Below, piece by piece: positions 15,001 through 25,394 of a DNA stretch of 64,000 nucleotides (position 1 is the stretch's first letter; every line of letters begins with the position of its first letter). Under the pieces are notes generated by a model. That model worked only from the letters and a program-made list of their open reading frames with translations, searched no databases and was not told where the DNA came from. The DNA is from Strigamia acuminata (Eukaryota), in the NCBI GenBank assembly GCA_949358305.1, contig OX442314.1:1364001-1428000 (forward strand). Direction: 5' to 3'. The position numbers and the translations under genes were made by a program.

Positions 15001-15886
15001 GCAAGTTTTGCGAGATTTGCTCGCATCAAACTGTGCCCGAAAATGCCCGACTTGACAGTGTCCACGCGGGTTGGACGCGCCCAGCACTGTCCAAGCACGT
15101 GGGCGCGTGTGGGCGCTCGATTTATCGGCGCGTTGGACTAGTTTTAAAAAAATTTTCCCAATTTCTGACAAAATTCGCACCGAATTTTTGCAATTTTTGA
15201 TAAATTAACACAGAATTTCAGCAATGTTTTAAACAAGTCCGTCCAATCGGGCAGAAATGTCTCGTAAAATGTTGCTGAAATTCCGTGAAAATCTGTCAAA
15301 AATTGACAAAAGTTGGTGACCGACCCGCGGCGCGTCACGGCGCGGTCGGAGGACGGCCCTCGTCCCCAAAAACCACACTCCGGGTCACGTGGTCTCGCAC
15401 TCGACTTTTTCAGTTTTCCCGTTTTCGGCCCGTTACGGCCAAGGACCGTAACGGGTCGAAAACGGGCCGCAACGGGTCGAAAACGGCCGCAACGGGTCGA
15501 AAACGGCCCGCACGGGCCGTTAACGGGCCGCCGACGGTCCCGTCACGATCCCGTAACGGCTCGCACGGGCCGTTAACGGGCCGCCGACGGTCCCGTCACG
15601 ATCCCGTAACGGCTCGCACGGGCCGTTAACGGGCCGCCGACGGTCCCGTCACGATCCCGTAACGGCTCGCACGGGCCGTTAACGGGCCGCCGACGGTCCC
15701 GTCACGATCCCGTAACGGCCCGTACGACCTCATGCGGGCCGTTAACGGGCCGTTAACGGGCCGTTAACGGCCCGTTAACGGCGTAAAACCAAAAACAGGA
15801 TTCGAGATTAATGTCTATGAATGTTGTACGCGTTTTCACGTACGTGTTGTCGGTTGTTGATTTTTTCGATTTACACCGTCACGGCC
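1..15886. repeat. Complex GC/CpG-rich satellite-like block built from palindromic GTTAAC-centred 11-mers, ~53-bp monomers, a ~100-bp AT-rich core and shuffled 0.2-1 kb modules in both orientations
   Basis: Very many AACGGGCCGTT/AACGGCCCGTT and GTGACGGGA(T/C)C motifs. 1-290 is the reverse complement of ~10003-10293. ~2838-3790 recurs directly at ~10383-11220, and ~11120-11700 at ~15330-15886. No credible protein-coding ORF. Confidence 0.95.
3800..9520 (-). repeat. Higher-order tandem array: 832-bp unit of alternating 357-bp and 475-bp subunits, each with one AT-rich core
   Basis: Core motif AATCGAAAAAATCAACAACC starts at 4026, 4383, 4858, 5226, 5701, 6058, 6533, 6890, 7365, 7722, 8197, 8554, 9029 and 9386. 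Spacings are 357/475, with one 368 (one extra 11-mer). Confidence 0.93.
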
Positions 15887-16086
15887 NNNNNNNNNNNNNN
15901 NNNNNNNNNNNNNNNNNNNNNNNNNNNNNNNNNNNNNNNNNNNNNNNNNNNNNNNNNNNNNNNNNNNNNNNNNNNNNNNNNNNNNNNNNNNNNNNNNNNN
16001 NNNNNNNNNNNNNNNNNNNNNNNNNNNNNNNNNNNNNNNNNNNNNNNNNNNNNNNNNNNNNNNNNNNNNNNNNNNNNNNNNNNNNN
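15887..16086. other. Assembly gap (200 N)
   Basis: Run of N. The distance and adjacency across it are not established by the sequence. Confidence 1.
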
Positions 16087-18814
16087 TCTTGTTTTTGCCC
16101 AACAATAATTTCTTCTCTTGTAGGCGGCTCGCATTCTAATTTCTTCACTACATTAGCTGCAAAAGCATGCACCAGGACGTTTGATGATGGAAATCCGAAT
16201 TCTTGAGTCATCATGAGATGTATTTTCTCCTTAGATTCGGTTTCCGGAGGATCGTAAGCATGCGACCAGAAATTAATTATTCTTTCGTTTTCGACGATCT
16301 CAGACGTGGGAAGCTGATTAGGTCTCCCCAGCCTCCAATGTCGATAAGGCGAAGGACAGTACGCTAACAAGTCGTCATCTTCACCCTCAGTGTTGTCCTC
16401 TTCGGGCGTACAGACAGGAGCTCGGGACAACGCGTCAGCCAACACATTCAATGGTCCTTTAATATATTGGATTTCAAACGTATAAGCCATCAATTCGAGC
16501 TGCCACCGTGCCAAACGTCCTGCAGGCTCTTCTAGAGACATCAGCCACCTTAAGGCTTGGTGAACTTGGTAAATTCAATATAAGGTCGATATTTACGCAA
16601 TGCCCAAACAACGGCCAAACATTCTAGTTCAGTGGCCGTGTAGTTTACTTCAGCCGGCTGCAAGCTACGGCTCGAATAAACACAAGGTAATTCTTCTTGT
16701 CCACCTTTCTCAGGTTGGATTTGCATTAACGCGGCACCCAATCCTTGTCGACTGGTGTCCGTGTGAATTATAAACGGTTGATACAGATCTGGCATGGCCA
16801 TTGTTCCTGAATCGGTGAGAGCCTTTTTGATCTGCTCGAAGGCCTCTTGATGAATGGGTTGCCAATTAAAATCTGCATCTTTCTTCAGCAATGGTCTCAG
16901 TGGTTCCGCGATGACAGACAAATTTTTTAGTAATCGATGAAAAAAGTTAACCATTCCCAGAAAGCGTTGAAGTTCTTTTAAATTAGTTGGGGCTGGAAAT
17001 TTCGTGATTGCATCCATCTTTTTTGGATCAACGGCGAGTCCGCCGGTTCCTAATTTATACCCAAGGAAAATCAATTCCTTACGACAGAATTTTGATTTGC
17101 CGGGGTTGACACATAAATTAGCTTGCTCTAATTTTTCTAGAATTTTGTCGACATTGATCAAGTGTTCTTCATATGTTTTTGAGACGGTTATGATATCGTC
17201 CAGGTATGCCCATGCCTGTCTCCTATACATTTCGTCGAGGACCTTCTCGATTAAACGCTGGAAGCTGGTTGGCGCATTTTTTAGTCCAAATGCCATAACT
17301 AAAAACATTAAGCGACCTATAGGGCTCCAAAAAGCCGTTTTCGGCTGTGCAGATGGGGTTAAGCCTATCTGCCAGTAGCCTTTCGTCAAGTCGATTGTGG
17401 TGACCCACTCAAATGAACCAATTTCTCTCAAAATTTCCTCGATCGTCGGCATCTGAGGAGGATCATATTCTGTATGTTCGTTTAATGGCCGGTAATCTAC
17501 ACAGAGACGTGGTTCGGCCCCTGGTTTGACCACTAAAACAATTCGCATGGCATAATCTCCAGTCGCAGGCACGGCAATCCCCTTGTCGACCATGTCTTGG
17601 CAGATTTGCCTAATTATTTCCCTTTTTTGTGGGTTATAACTTTTAAATGGTACCCTTATCGGTTTATCAGTTGTCAGCTTGATATCATGCTGCACAATGT
17701 GGGTACGTCCTGGAACTCTCGATAGAATTCTTTGTCGTCGCTGCAATACTTCAGCTAGTGAGAGTCCTTGCTCTAAAGTCAAATTAGCATCGTTTACCAT
17801 CTTCGTAATGTCGTCTCCTATTTTTAGAGTAGCGGCTCCAGCTAGAATCTCATCATGACATATAAAACTAGCATTGTCAAGTGGTAATTCCTCGATTTTT
17901 GTCTTGTATCTATCCAAGACAGACTGTGGTATATATGGCAAAGTTTCAGTTATCGGAGTAATAAAATTCCAAGACATTGTCTTTGGATTCGGCTGTATGC
18001 TTAGCCGTTTCATAAAATCATTCCCTAACAATATCATCGGGAAGCGGTGTTCAATAACTATGAAAGGGTGTACCAGTACGCCATGTGTCCATCGAAACGA
18101 CAGTAACAGGGTACCAACTGGTCGAATGTCTTTACCAGCTGTCCCTATACAAAGACCTGGTGATATGTACTTAAGCTCTTTTTCCAGCTTCAAATTCTCC
18201 ATTACTGATGCTGCCATAAAGCTACGATTAGCTCCGGAATCTAACAGCCCAGTAATTGGTCCTTTCATGGTTTGTAGTTGTATCTTTGGAATTCCCGTAA
18301 AATCCTCCATATTCAAATTACAGGTGACTCTACGTATCCGATGCTCTAATGCAGGGTAATCAATCGGTAGTTCGTGCATTTCATCGTTATATGATAGGAC
18401 GACCTCTTCCATAGCTCTGGTCATCTCTTCAATTTCATCGACTTCTTTTGACCTGGGACGGAATTTTTCCCAAAGTTTATCCATCCAATTTTTACTTGGT
18501 TTGGGATAGCACTGTAGTGCTTTTCTAACGTGATATTGGAAGTATCGCTTGTCGGCCGTTTTTTCGGCCAAAACTTCGTTAAGTTTTGTAATATCCACTT
18601 TAGGAAATCTCAGGTCACATGGTTTAAACTGAGCTACTAACAAATGTTTTTTATCTACTATATCCCAGTAGTCTACATAATTTTTATCTAATGATTCTCG
18701 ATAATCCTGGGTTACTTCAATTTTAGGACAAACTTCAATTCCAACTTCCTTAATTGTTTCCGAGGCAACTGGCGCGAGTTTCAGCGTGTTCGCTGCCAAA
18801 CCCGCGCTCACAAG
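16087..18814 (-). pseudogene. pol: Gypsy A Pol (protease, RT, RNase H), frameshifted in RNase H and cut by the gap before the integrase
   Basis: LLDSGA protease motif; RLCVDYR, TIDLTKGYWQ, FGLKNAP and YLDDI RT motifs; RNase H TDTS and ELECLAVVWA. The expected TDH motif is missing at ~16555 and the frame shifts to WLMSLEEPAGRLARW...ADALSRAP. Confidence 0.92.
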
Positions 18815-18820
18815 TTTTTT
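18772..18820 (-). promoter_or_regulatory. -1 programmed ribosomal frameshift signal (A AAA AAC plus downstream stem-loop) at the gag-pol junction
   Basis: Gag codons CGA AAA AAC TTG TGA; pol lies in the -1 frame; hairpin GCGCGGGTTT-GG-CAGCG-AACA-CGCTG-AAACTCGCGC starts ~6 nt downstream. Confidence 0.85.
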
Positions 18821-21411
18821 CGAATCATTTCTCCCAACTTGCTGACAAGACTTTCTATCTCGGCAGCTGCTGGACTTCTATCAGGACACTGATTCGACCA
18901 ATGCCCCAACTTTCCACATCTATGGCACGGATCGGTTTCCGGCGACTTGCGCCTAGGACTGTCTCCTGAAGTGGGCGACTTTGAACGAGGTTCTACGGCC
19001 TTTTTATCTGTAGCCGATTCCTTGTCAGTATCCGGAATCGCTTCGGGCTTGACGGGCAGCGGCAAAGGTGATTTTGATCGAGCATCTGTATTAAGGTTTG
19101 CTGTATTAAAAGTAACGTTTTTTCCAACCATTTTTGGTCTGAATTTATTCTCAGTGACATGCTTCGCGAGTAACACAATAGCATTCTCAAATAAAGGATC
19201 CAGCCCTGCACTGTCTCCTTCCACCGTATCAGCGTTGTCTCCCGACACGGCAAGATTCGCGTAAGCTCGAGAGTTTTTGGGTAATTTGTGGGGATTTGGA
19301 GGTCCCGTATTTAAACTTTTATCCGTCTTCTCTGCAAAGTAATCCCCTCGATCTCGGGGTTGCATTAAAGGAGCTTGTCCAAGCCTAGCTTCTTTCACAT
19401 ATTCTTTAATGCGTAACTGCCGCTTCTTAATCGCCGCAGTCTCCTCCGGAGTCAGATATTCATTATATTTTTCTTCAATCCTTAGGTCATTATCCCTTAA
19501 AAATTGTGAGAGTTCCTTGAATGATCCAACTGGTGGCGCATCCACGTTTTGCAGAATACTTCGGGAATATGGTGTCATAGCTTTCCGAAATTTTCGGTCC
19601 ACATCATGGTCAGTAGACGGAGTCGGTAATGACGACAACAAATCTTCAGTTCGGCGCAGATAAGAACGAATGTCTTCTCCCGCTGATTGAGCTAAATTGT
19701 CCCATAACTGATAAATATCTTCAGTAGGTTCCGCGTACTCTCGCATGAATGCTTGTACGAATTGATTCCAGTGCACGAATTCACGTTCGACGAACCAATT
19801 TTCGGCGCGTGCCACCAATGATTTTGGGACTAACTTTTCCAGAGTATCTTGAGGTGTTATACCATTTAGTCGAGCCATCCTGGTAATTTCTTCCAAAAAT
19901 GTTGACCCCATTTGGAATTCTCCATTGAAACGATCAGGGACTAATCGATCCCATCGGATTGTTTTCACATCGGCAATTTTATGCCGCCACTTATCAGTGG
20001 TGTATTTTGCAATTTTGCGCTTCAAGTCGAATTTACGCAACTCTGCTAGCCGTGTGGTTCGACTTGCTGACTGCGCTTGCTTTTGAAACATTGCGTCAAT
20101 CTGTTCAGCGGTGTAATAACGTTCGTCGCTTGACTGAGATCTTCTCGATTTCGTCCTTGAACGACTCTTTCGCTCTTTCCGCGTCTCAGATCGAGTAGAT
20201 TTTTCGCCTTCCGAAAGGGATTCGTCCTTCGATCCCCCTGGCGGAGGCACGTAGTCATGGTTCTGACTATCATCCCCCTGATTATTATCTTCGGGATCTG
20301 GAGACGTATTTCGACTTTTATTTCGGTCATAATTATCGTTGGACCGATGTGAATCATTCTGTATTTTCATACGATTTCTCTCATCCATCATTGTCATGAG
20401 TTTGTCGCTATTTGTGAAAATCTCGGCATCTGAAGCGCCGTTCTTTTTTGATATAGGCCCCTCAGCATTGGAACATTTTCTTTTGCGCAACTGTCGCTCA
20501 TCTTCACTTGATGATTGAGATGATTCGTCACTTGCAGAGTCTCCTAGCCGCACGACTTTCTTTTTCACTTTTGCGGCAGGACCTTTCTGTTGTGAGGCGA
20601 ATTCAACAACACGTATTCGTTCTTGTTCCTCCTCAAATTCCTCCTGTTCTTTCAGCAAGTTGGCTCGCCGTAGCTCATCTTCAGTTTCTTGAGCTTTCTT
20701 GTCGGCGGCTGCCATTTGTCTACGAAGTTCTTCATTAGATGATTCCTGTCGTTTTATGGAATCCCAGGCAATCTTCTGCTCCCTATTAAAGACTTCAGTC
20801 TCTTTTTTGGACAAATGTTTCTTTCGAGCATCGAATTCCCTGCGCTGGCGCTCCAGCTCATCCGATTGTTTTTTCAGCTTTTCTTCACTGTGACGGTATT
20901 GAGCGTTTATCTCTCGCAGAGCTTGATTCGACTTTTCAGCAGCTTCCTTGGCCTGCGACTCTACATTCATTTTTCGAGTAACAGCGGCCATTTGCTCATT
21001 CATGTGATCGACTAGGCGTTTTCTTTCATGATTAGACATTGCTTCATAAATCTCCATAATCGTCATTTGATCGGTCACTTGTGCCCCCTGGAGAATTGCT
21101 CGATCCAGAAGTTCCTTGTAACCCACCGGTTGCGTATCAGGAATCTCGATGGTGTCCAAATCCATGGAAGAATCACCCCAGTTTGTTGGTCCAGCGGAAA
21201 TCGCTTCTTCGCGTTCTTCACTGCCTGTCCCAACTTCCTTAGTCGTGGCACCCTCGGCGGCAACCGCGTCAATAGTTTCGGCTAAATGTTGAGCCGTTAG
21301 ACTATTACGTGCCGTTCGAGGACGACCCGATCTACGGCGCTTCGCGCTCGTTTTCGTGCGAGTCTGAACTCCTTCATCGTCAATGGGAATTTCTCCTTCG
21401 CAGTTAGACAT
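18808..21411 (-). CDS. gag: Gypsy A Gag (867 aa; coiled-coil N-terminal region, capsid-like region, C-terminal zinc knuckle)
   Basis: Intact ORF downstream of the PBS; CHRCGKLGHWSNQC (CX2CX4HX4C); ends at an A AAA AAC slippery site overlapping pol. Confidence 0.9.
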   Translation of the reverse strand: MSNCEGEIPIDDEGVQTRTKTSAKRRRSGRPRTARNSLTAQHLAETIDAVAAEGATTKEVGTGSEEREEAISAGPTNWGDSSMDLDTIEIPDTQPVGYKELLDRAILQGAQVTDQMTIMEIYEAMSNHERKRLVDHMNEQMAAVTRKMNVESQAKEAAEKSNQALREINAQYRHSEEKLKKQSDELERQRREFDARKKHLSKKETEVFNREQKIAWDSIKRQESSNEELRRQMAAADKKAQETEDELRRANLLKEQEEFEEEQERIRVVEFASQQKGPAAKVKKKVVRLGDSASDESSQSSSEDERQLRKRKCSNAEGPISKKNGASDAEIFTNSDKLMTMMDERNRMKIQNDSHRSNDNYDRNKSRNTSPDPEDNNQGDDSQNHDYVPPPGGSKDESLSEGEKSTRSETRKERKSRSRTKSRRSQSSDERYYTAEQIDAMFQKQAQSASRTTRLAELRKFDLKRKIAKYTTDKWRHKIADVKTIRWDRLVPDRFNGEFQMGSTFLEEITRMARLNGITPQDTLEKLVPKSLVARAENWFVEREFVHWNQFVQAFMREYAEPTEDIYQLWDNLAQSAGEDIRSYLRRTEDLLSSLPTPSTDHDVDRKFRKAMTPYSRSILQNVDAPPVGSFKELSQFLRDNDLRIEEKYNEYLTPEETAAIKKRQLRIKEYVKEARLGQAPLMQPRDRGDYFAEKTDKSLNTGPPNPHKLPKNSRAYANLAVSGDNADTVEGDSAGLDPLFENAIVLLAKHVTENKFRPKMVGKNVTFNTANLNTDARSKSPLPLPVKPEAIPDTDKESATDKKAVEPRSKSPTSGDSPRRKSPETDPCHRCGKLGHWSNQCPDRSPAAAEIESLVSKLGEMIRKNL

Positions 21412-21480
21412 GTTGAATTAGACAGATAAAAGAGAAAGATGATAGGAAAGTAGGAATAAGTTCTAACTTTAAACAATTGA

Positions 21481-21500
21481 AAATCCCGGACGGGCCCCCA
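21481..21500 (-). promoter_or_regulatory. Primer-binding site, tRNA-Pro
   Basis: TGGGGGCCCGTCCGGGATTT, 2 nt after the LTR's terminal CA; matches the tRNA-Pro PBS TGGGGGCTCGTCCGGGAT with one mismatch. Confidence 0.9.
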
Positions 21501-21502
21501 AG

Positions 21503-22683
21503 TGTCGCGTTCCTGACGGTTCCAATTGAATTTTTACAACAACACTAAATTTATATTTAGTCACTATGGGATTTTCTAATTTGCAAGAGATCCCGGCGTT
21601 CACCTGTGGAAAGCAGTTGAATGCCGTTTATAGGTCTTCTATCGGGTGGGTTAGCCGTTAACTCGGTGTCTAGGGATTTGATCTTGAATAAAGGCTAGTT
21701 TAGTTATTTTAAATCAAACAGTTAATCAATTTATTGTGCGTTAATTACAGATTCGATTGATGAAATGGTTAATAAGATGGGTTCTATGAGGATAATATCG
21801 TCGGCGTAGAAGGCGACGTGCTCGAAACAGCGCGGGTCTCCTTCGGGCGGGAAAAAGCAATGCAGAAATGGCGACTCGACGCCGCGCAAACTCTGCGAAG
21901 TGGGAAAGGAAGCGTGAAGCCGAAAGACTTCACAAAGTGGTCCGGCTGTTAAGCCTGACAATACGGGAAATCTTAGGTTAAACCCTAGATTGCAACGGGA
22001 GATTTCCGTTGAAGACAAGTAGTCAAACGGCGGGTACCGCCGATCGTTAAAACCTGACTGGAGATCCGCTACAATCTGAATCGGAATCGTCGTCAACAGG
22101 TCGAGGAGCGGCGACGGTGGCTCTGCAATCCTCGGCGGCTGGCTGGCGTCGATCTTCAACGGCGTGGGCGCGTTGGTCTTCGGGCGGCGGCGGGAACGAC
22201 GGTGGTTTGGGCCGTCGTGCGTCGTCTTCGCGGCTCGGAAAGTGATTCGTTTGAACGTTGGTTCAAACAAATCGAGGTGAAACTTGGCAAGACTCACGGA
22301 TCACGGACAAAACAGTGTTTTTGGTTAGTGAACAAAGCTGTGTCGGTGTGAACAGTATGAGTGTGATGCAAAGAGTGAGTAATAATTCGAATTATTGCTC
22401 GGAATATGGCCGGAAAACGGCCAGTGCGCAGGCGTGGCGTGTGCCAAGGCACGCTTCAGCCCTAGCAACGGTGCAAAATTTGGGGATTGACTTAGCAACG
22501 CCCCAATCCAGGGCTCAAAATACCAGGGCAGCCGTTACAGCTTCTGGGCCAATTGCCCAAAAGCGCAACAGGTGCACGGCAAAAAACACAATTCTAATAA
22601 TTATGGTTAAAATATAAATAATATCTTAGCAACGTGGCAGAACAATTTCACCACAAATGAAGCGAACATTTGAGATCGCAACA
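21503..22683 (-). repeat. 5' LTR of Gypsy A (~1.18 kb)
   Basis: TG...CA termini; homologous at both ends and internally to the solo LTR at 50589-52202. Confidence 0.88.
21731..22297 (-). CDS. Candidate LTR-encoded ORF of unknown function (no ATG; start uncertain)
   Basis: 188 open codons in LTR sense; frame and stop position conserved in the diverged solo LTR (~50980-51486), with many synonymous differences; stop overlaps or abuts AATAAA. Confidence 0.45.
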   Translation of the reverse strand: MSLAKFHLDLFEPTFKRITFRAAKTTHDGPNHRRSRRRPKTNAPTPLKIDASQPPRIAEPPSPLLDLLTTIPIQIVADLQSGFNDRRYPPFDYLSSTEISRCNLGFNLRFPVLSGLTAGPLCEVFRLHASFPTSQSLRGVESPFLHCFFPPEGDPRCFEHVAFYADDIILIEPILLTISSIESVINAQ

Positions 22684-22924
22684 ACTTTCAGAATTTTTGC
22701 CAGAAAAATGCAACGAAATTTCTTACTTTTACTGCAACTTTCTGGATAGTTTTGATTTTCATGTAATATTAGTATAGAGTGGGTATCCAGTGCCATATAT
22801 AGCTAAATTTATTTTCAGTTTAACTGTTTTGTTATCTTGTCATGCACAAGCAATTTCAAATTTAACATTTACCAGTTTTAAATACCGGAAGAATAATTGT
22901 TATTGTTTGCTTTTTCGATCGTAG

Positions 22925-24498
22925 GGATCGGGTTTCCTGAAAAATGAATCAACCTTCGTGGATAGAGATATTTACATGCACTCAGGAACATGTTTGGAAA
23001 TTGAAATCAGTAGGTGCATTCAAAAAGTCTAAAACGTATGCAAAACGCGTTTCGTGTTTATACGTGATGTCATTCTCATTGAATAACATTGAATAACATT
23101 TCAATGGGAATGACGTCACGTATAAACACAAAACGCGTTTTGCATACGTTTTAGACTTTTTGAATGCACCTAGTATACCCAATCAGAATAATAGTTATGC
23201 TAGCAATCAACCAGTTTGAAGTTACGAATGCTTTGATTACAGAACGAATGAAATATGCCGGAACTACATCAACATTTTTCCTTATTCTTAAAAAACCTGT
23301 GCGCCTCAATTGCACCGATGGATTATTTCAGGTAACTCACTTCCTGTAATTCCTCATGCATGTGTTGTGTTTAAAAATCTTTTGTATGGGTTTTTTTTTA
23401 TAGCACGTTTGCACTTTGAGGCCTAAATCTTTGTCTTTGTCTTATCGTTATCCTAATTCATTTCATTTTCATTTTTTCTGTAGTTGTACGTTCGTCCGCC
23501 AGGAGCTGAAAAATATTCTATTCTTACGAGTAAACGAAACATTCTACAGACTGCTGTTTCAGTCCTCCGATTTTCATTTTTTGAAGTACAGTATACCCAA
23601 AATGCAAAAATTTGATATAAACCTGAATTTTACTTTTTGCCCATTTCAACCAGTGGCATGTTGTCACATGGGTACACTGGGCACTGACCCAATTTAGTTG
23701 ATCAGTTTCCTAAAGTTTAAAATAATATAAAGATTTTCAGATTTGCATGCCCATTAAGTGTCATCAGTGGCTTTACAACAACATTTGATTGACTTTAATA
23801 TTTCATGTATTTTTAAAAACAATTCACTGCAGAAAACATCATTGAAAACAAAATCAAATCCTTGTGTTGGAATGGAGGAGCACAAGCAATGCAAGGACAG
23901 TTGTTTCAAGAAGAAACTACTTGAATCAATCAAATGCAGGTATAACTTACAAGACCATTTATTTTCCACCTATATAGAAGAGATTCGTTAAACCACTTGC
24001 AAACTATTGTAGTTTTGGACTGCAGACAGAAGCAACAGTGGATTTTTAAACTGGAATTCTATGATAAGAGTTATATTTTTATTTCAACTTGTCTATTTTA
24101 GATTTTTTTTTACTACTAGTGTACCTCTTACTGATGACAATCTCACAAATCCATGCAAAACAGCCTCTGAAGCTAAACAAGTTGTGGCAACATTTATTAA
24201 CATTTCTATGAATATAAACAAAATGGAAGTCTGTCACTGCCAACCTTCATGCAAAGAAAGCGTTGTCACAACAGACGTTTATTTTCAAGAGCCTGGAACA
24301 TGGATAACCGAGATACTTGGTATTACCGGAATGAATAACATGGTAGAGAAGTTTGAAGAAATTTCATCGTACAGCCTTAATGCTCTTTTTTGTGATGTGG
24401 GAAATGGGTTTGGTTTGATGCTTGGGTTGTCTCTATTTGCAATACCCGAAATAATCCAAGTTCTTTACTTAAATCTAATTAATTGTTTCAAAAAATAA
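22925..24498 (+). CDS. DEG/ENaC-family gene A, 3' exons only (22925-23009, 23243-23331, 23484-23585, 23833-23939, 24120-24498); paralog of repeat 2 of gene B
   Basis: GT-AG exons with consistent phases; Cys-rich thumb (CKDSC...C, CHCQPSC) and TM2 EEISSYSLNALFCDVGNGFGLMLGLSLF. Same exon structure and near-identical protein as 34334-40264 (-). The upstream intron is interrupted by Gypsy A. Confidence 0.85.
23011..23172. mobile_element. Palindromic MITE (~73-bp arms) inserted at a splice donor of gene A
   Basis: TAGGTGCATTCAAAAAGTCTAAAACG...CGTTTTAGACTTTTTGAATGCACCTA; absent from the paralogous intron (40115-40173); related ends at ~49458 and ~56598. Confidence 0.85.
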
Positions 24499-24797
24499 TC
24501 TTACTCTTAAAGGTACTGCCCATTTAGAAGTAAGATAAATCACAGGACATTCGTGTAAGACCTGCAATTTGATTTTAGCGTTCAAATATTATAACTCTTT
24601 TAATTAACTAGTGTTTCCATGTAATAAACTGTCCCATTTTTTCCACCAGGAGTAGTGCTTTAGGTGGCTGATTAATCATGCATTAAACCTAATAGATTAT
24701 TAATTAGATTATTAAATAGATTACTGATTAGATTATTGAATAGATTATTGAATAGATTGTTAAATGGATAAATTTATTAAATTATTGTTTATTTATA

Positions 24798-24943
24798 AAT
24801 AGAATAGGAAATGCAATAACAAATAGAATAGGAAATGCAATAACAAATAGAATAGGAAATGCAATAATAAATAGAATAGGAAATGCAATAATAAATGTAA
24901 CAGGGAATTCAATAATAAATAGAATAGGAATTACAATAATAAA
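24798..24943 (+). repeat. Short array of the 24-bp minisatellite AATAGAATAGGAAATGCAATAA(C/T)A downstream of gene A
   Basis: About 6 partly degenerate copies; same unit as 33220-34117 on the opposite strand. Confidence 0.85.
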
Positions 24944-25394
24944 TACACTTAGAATAGAATTCTAAATGCAATATTTAATGGATTATTAAATGTGCTAATA
25001 AATTACATAATTAATAGATTAATAAAAATAAAATTAATTCAACATTCCATGATTACAATTGAGAAGTTTTATGCTTATGGTAATTGTAATTCTATTTGAA
25101 TTCTATTCATAAATTCACATTTACTTGCACTACCGGTATTTTAGTTTTATATCATACTTAAGATAATCATCATACTGTACTCTAATCCAATTTACTGGTA
25201 AGCATTAATTAGTATTTCCTTTTGGGCATTAATTATATCAATATTTAATGAATATGTGCTACAAAATCTATGTAAAATATAAAAATTGTAGGATAGAAAA
25301 TGTCCTCACAACCTTCACATAATGTACGAATATTACAACAAATAATAAAACAAATATTCAACCATATCGTATCAATGATACTAACTTTCTTTTT

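Larger units (their letters stand above)
16087..22683 (-). mobile_element. Ty3/Gypsy LTR retrotransposon A (5' LTR, PBS, gag, pol; 3' part lost in the gap)
   Basis: LTR TGTTGCG...CGCGACA, tRNA-Pro PBS, gag with CCHC knuckle, pol order PR-RT-RNase H. Confidence 0.95.

Noticed and set aside
1..15886. Many 60-235-aa ORFs, and possible rRNA genes
   Set aside because: The ORFs are translations of GC-rich repeats on both strands with no domain motifs. I could not recognise any 18S, 5.8S, 28S or 5S sequence.
15811..16206. ORFs spanning the N run
   Set aside because: Artefacts of the assembly gap.
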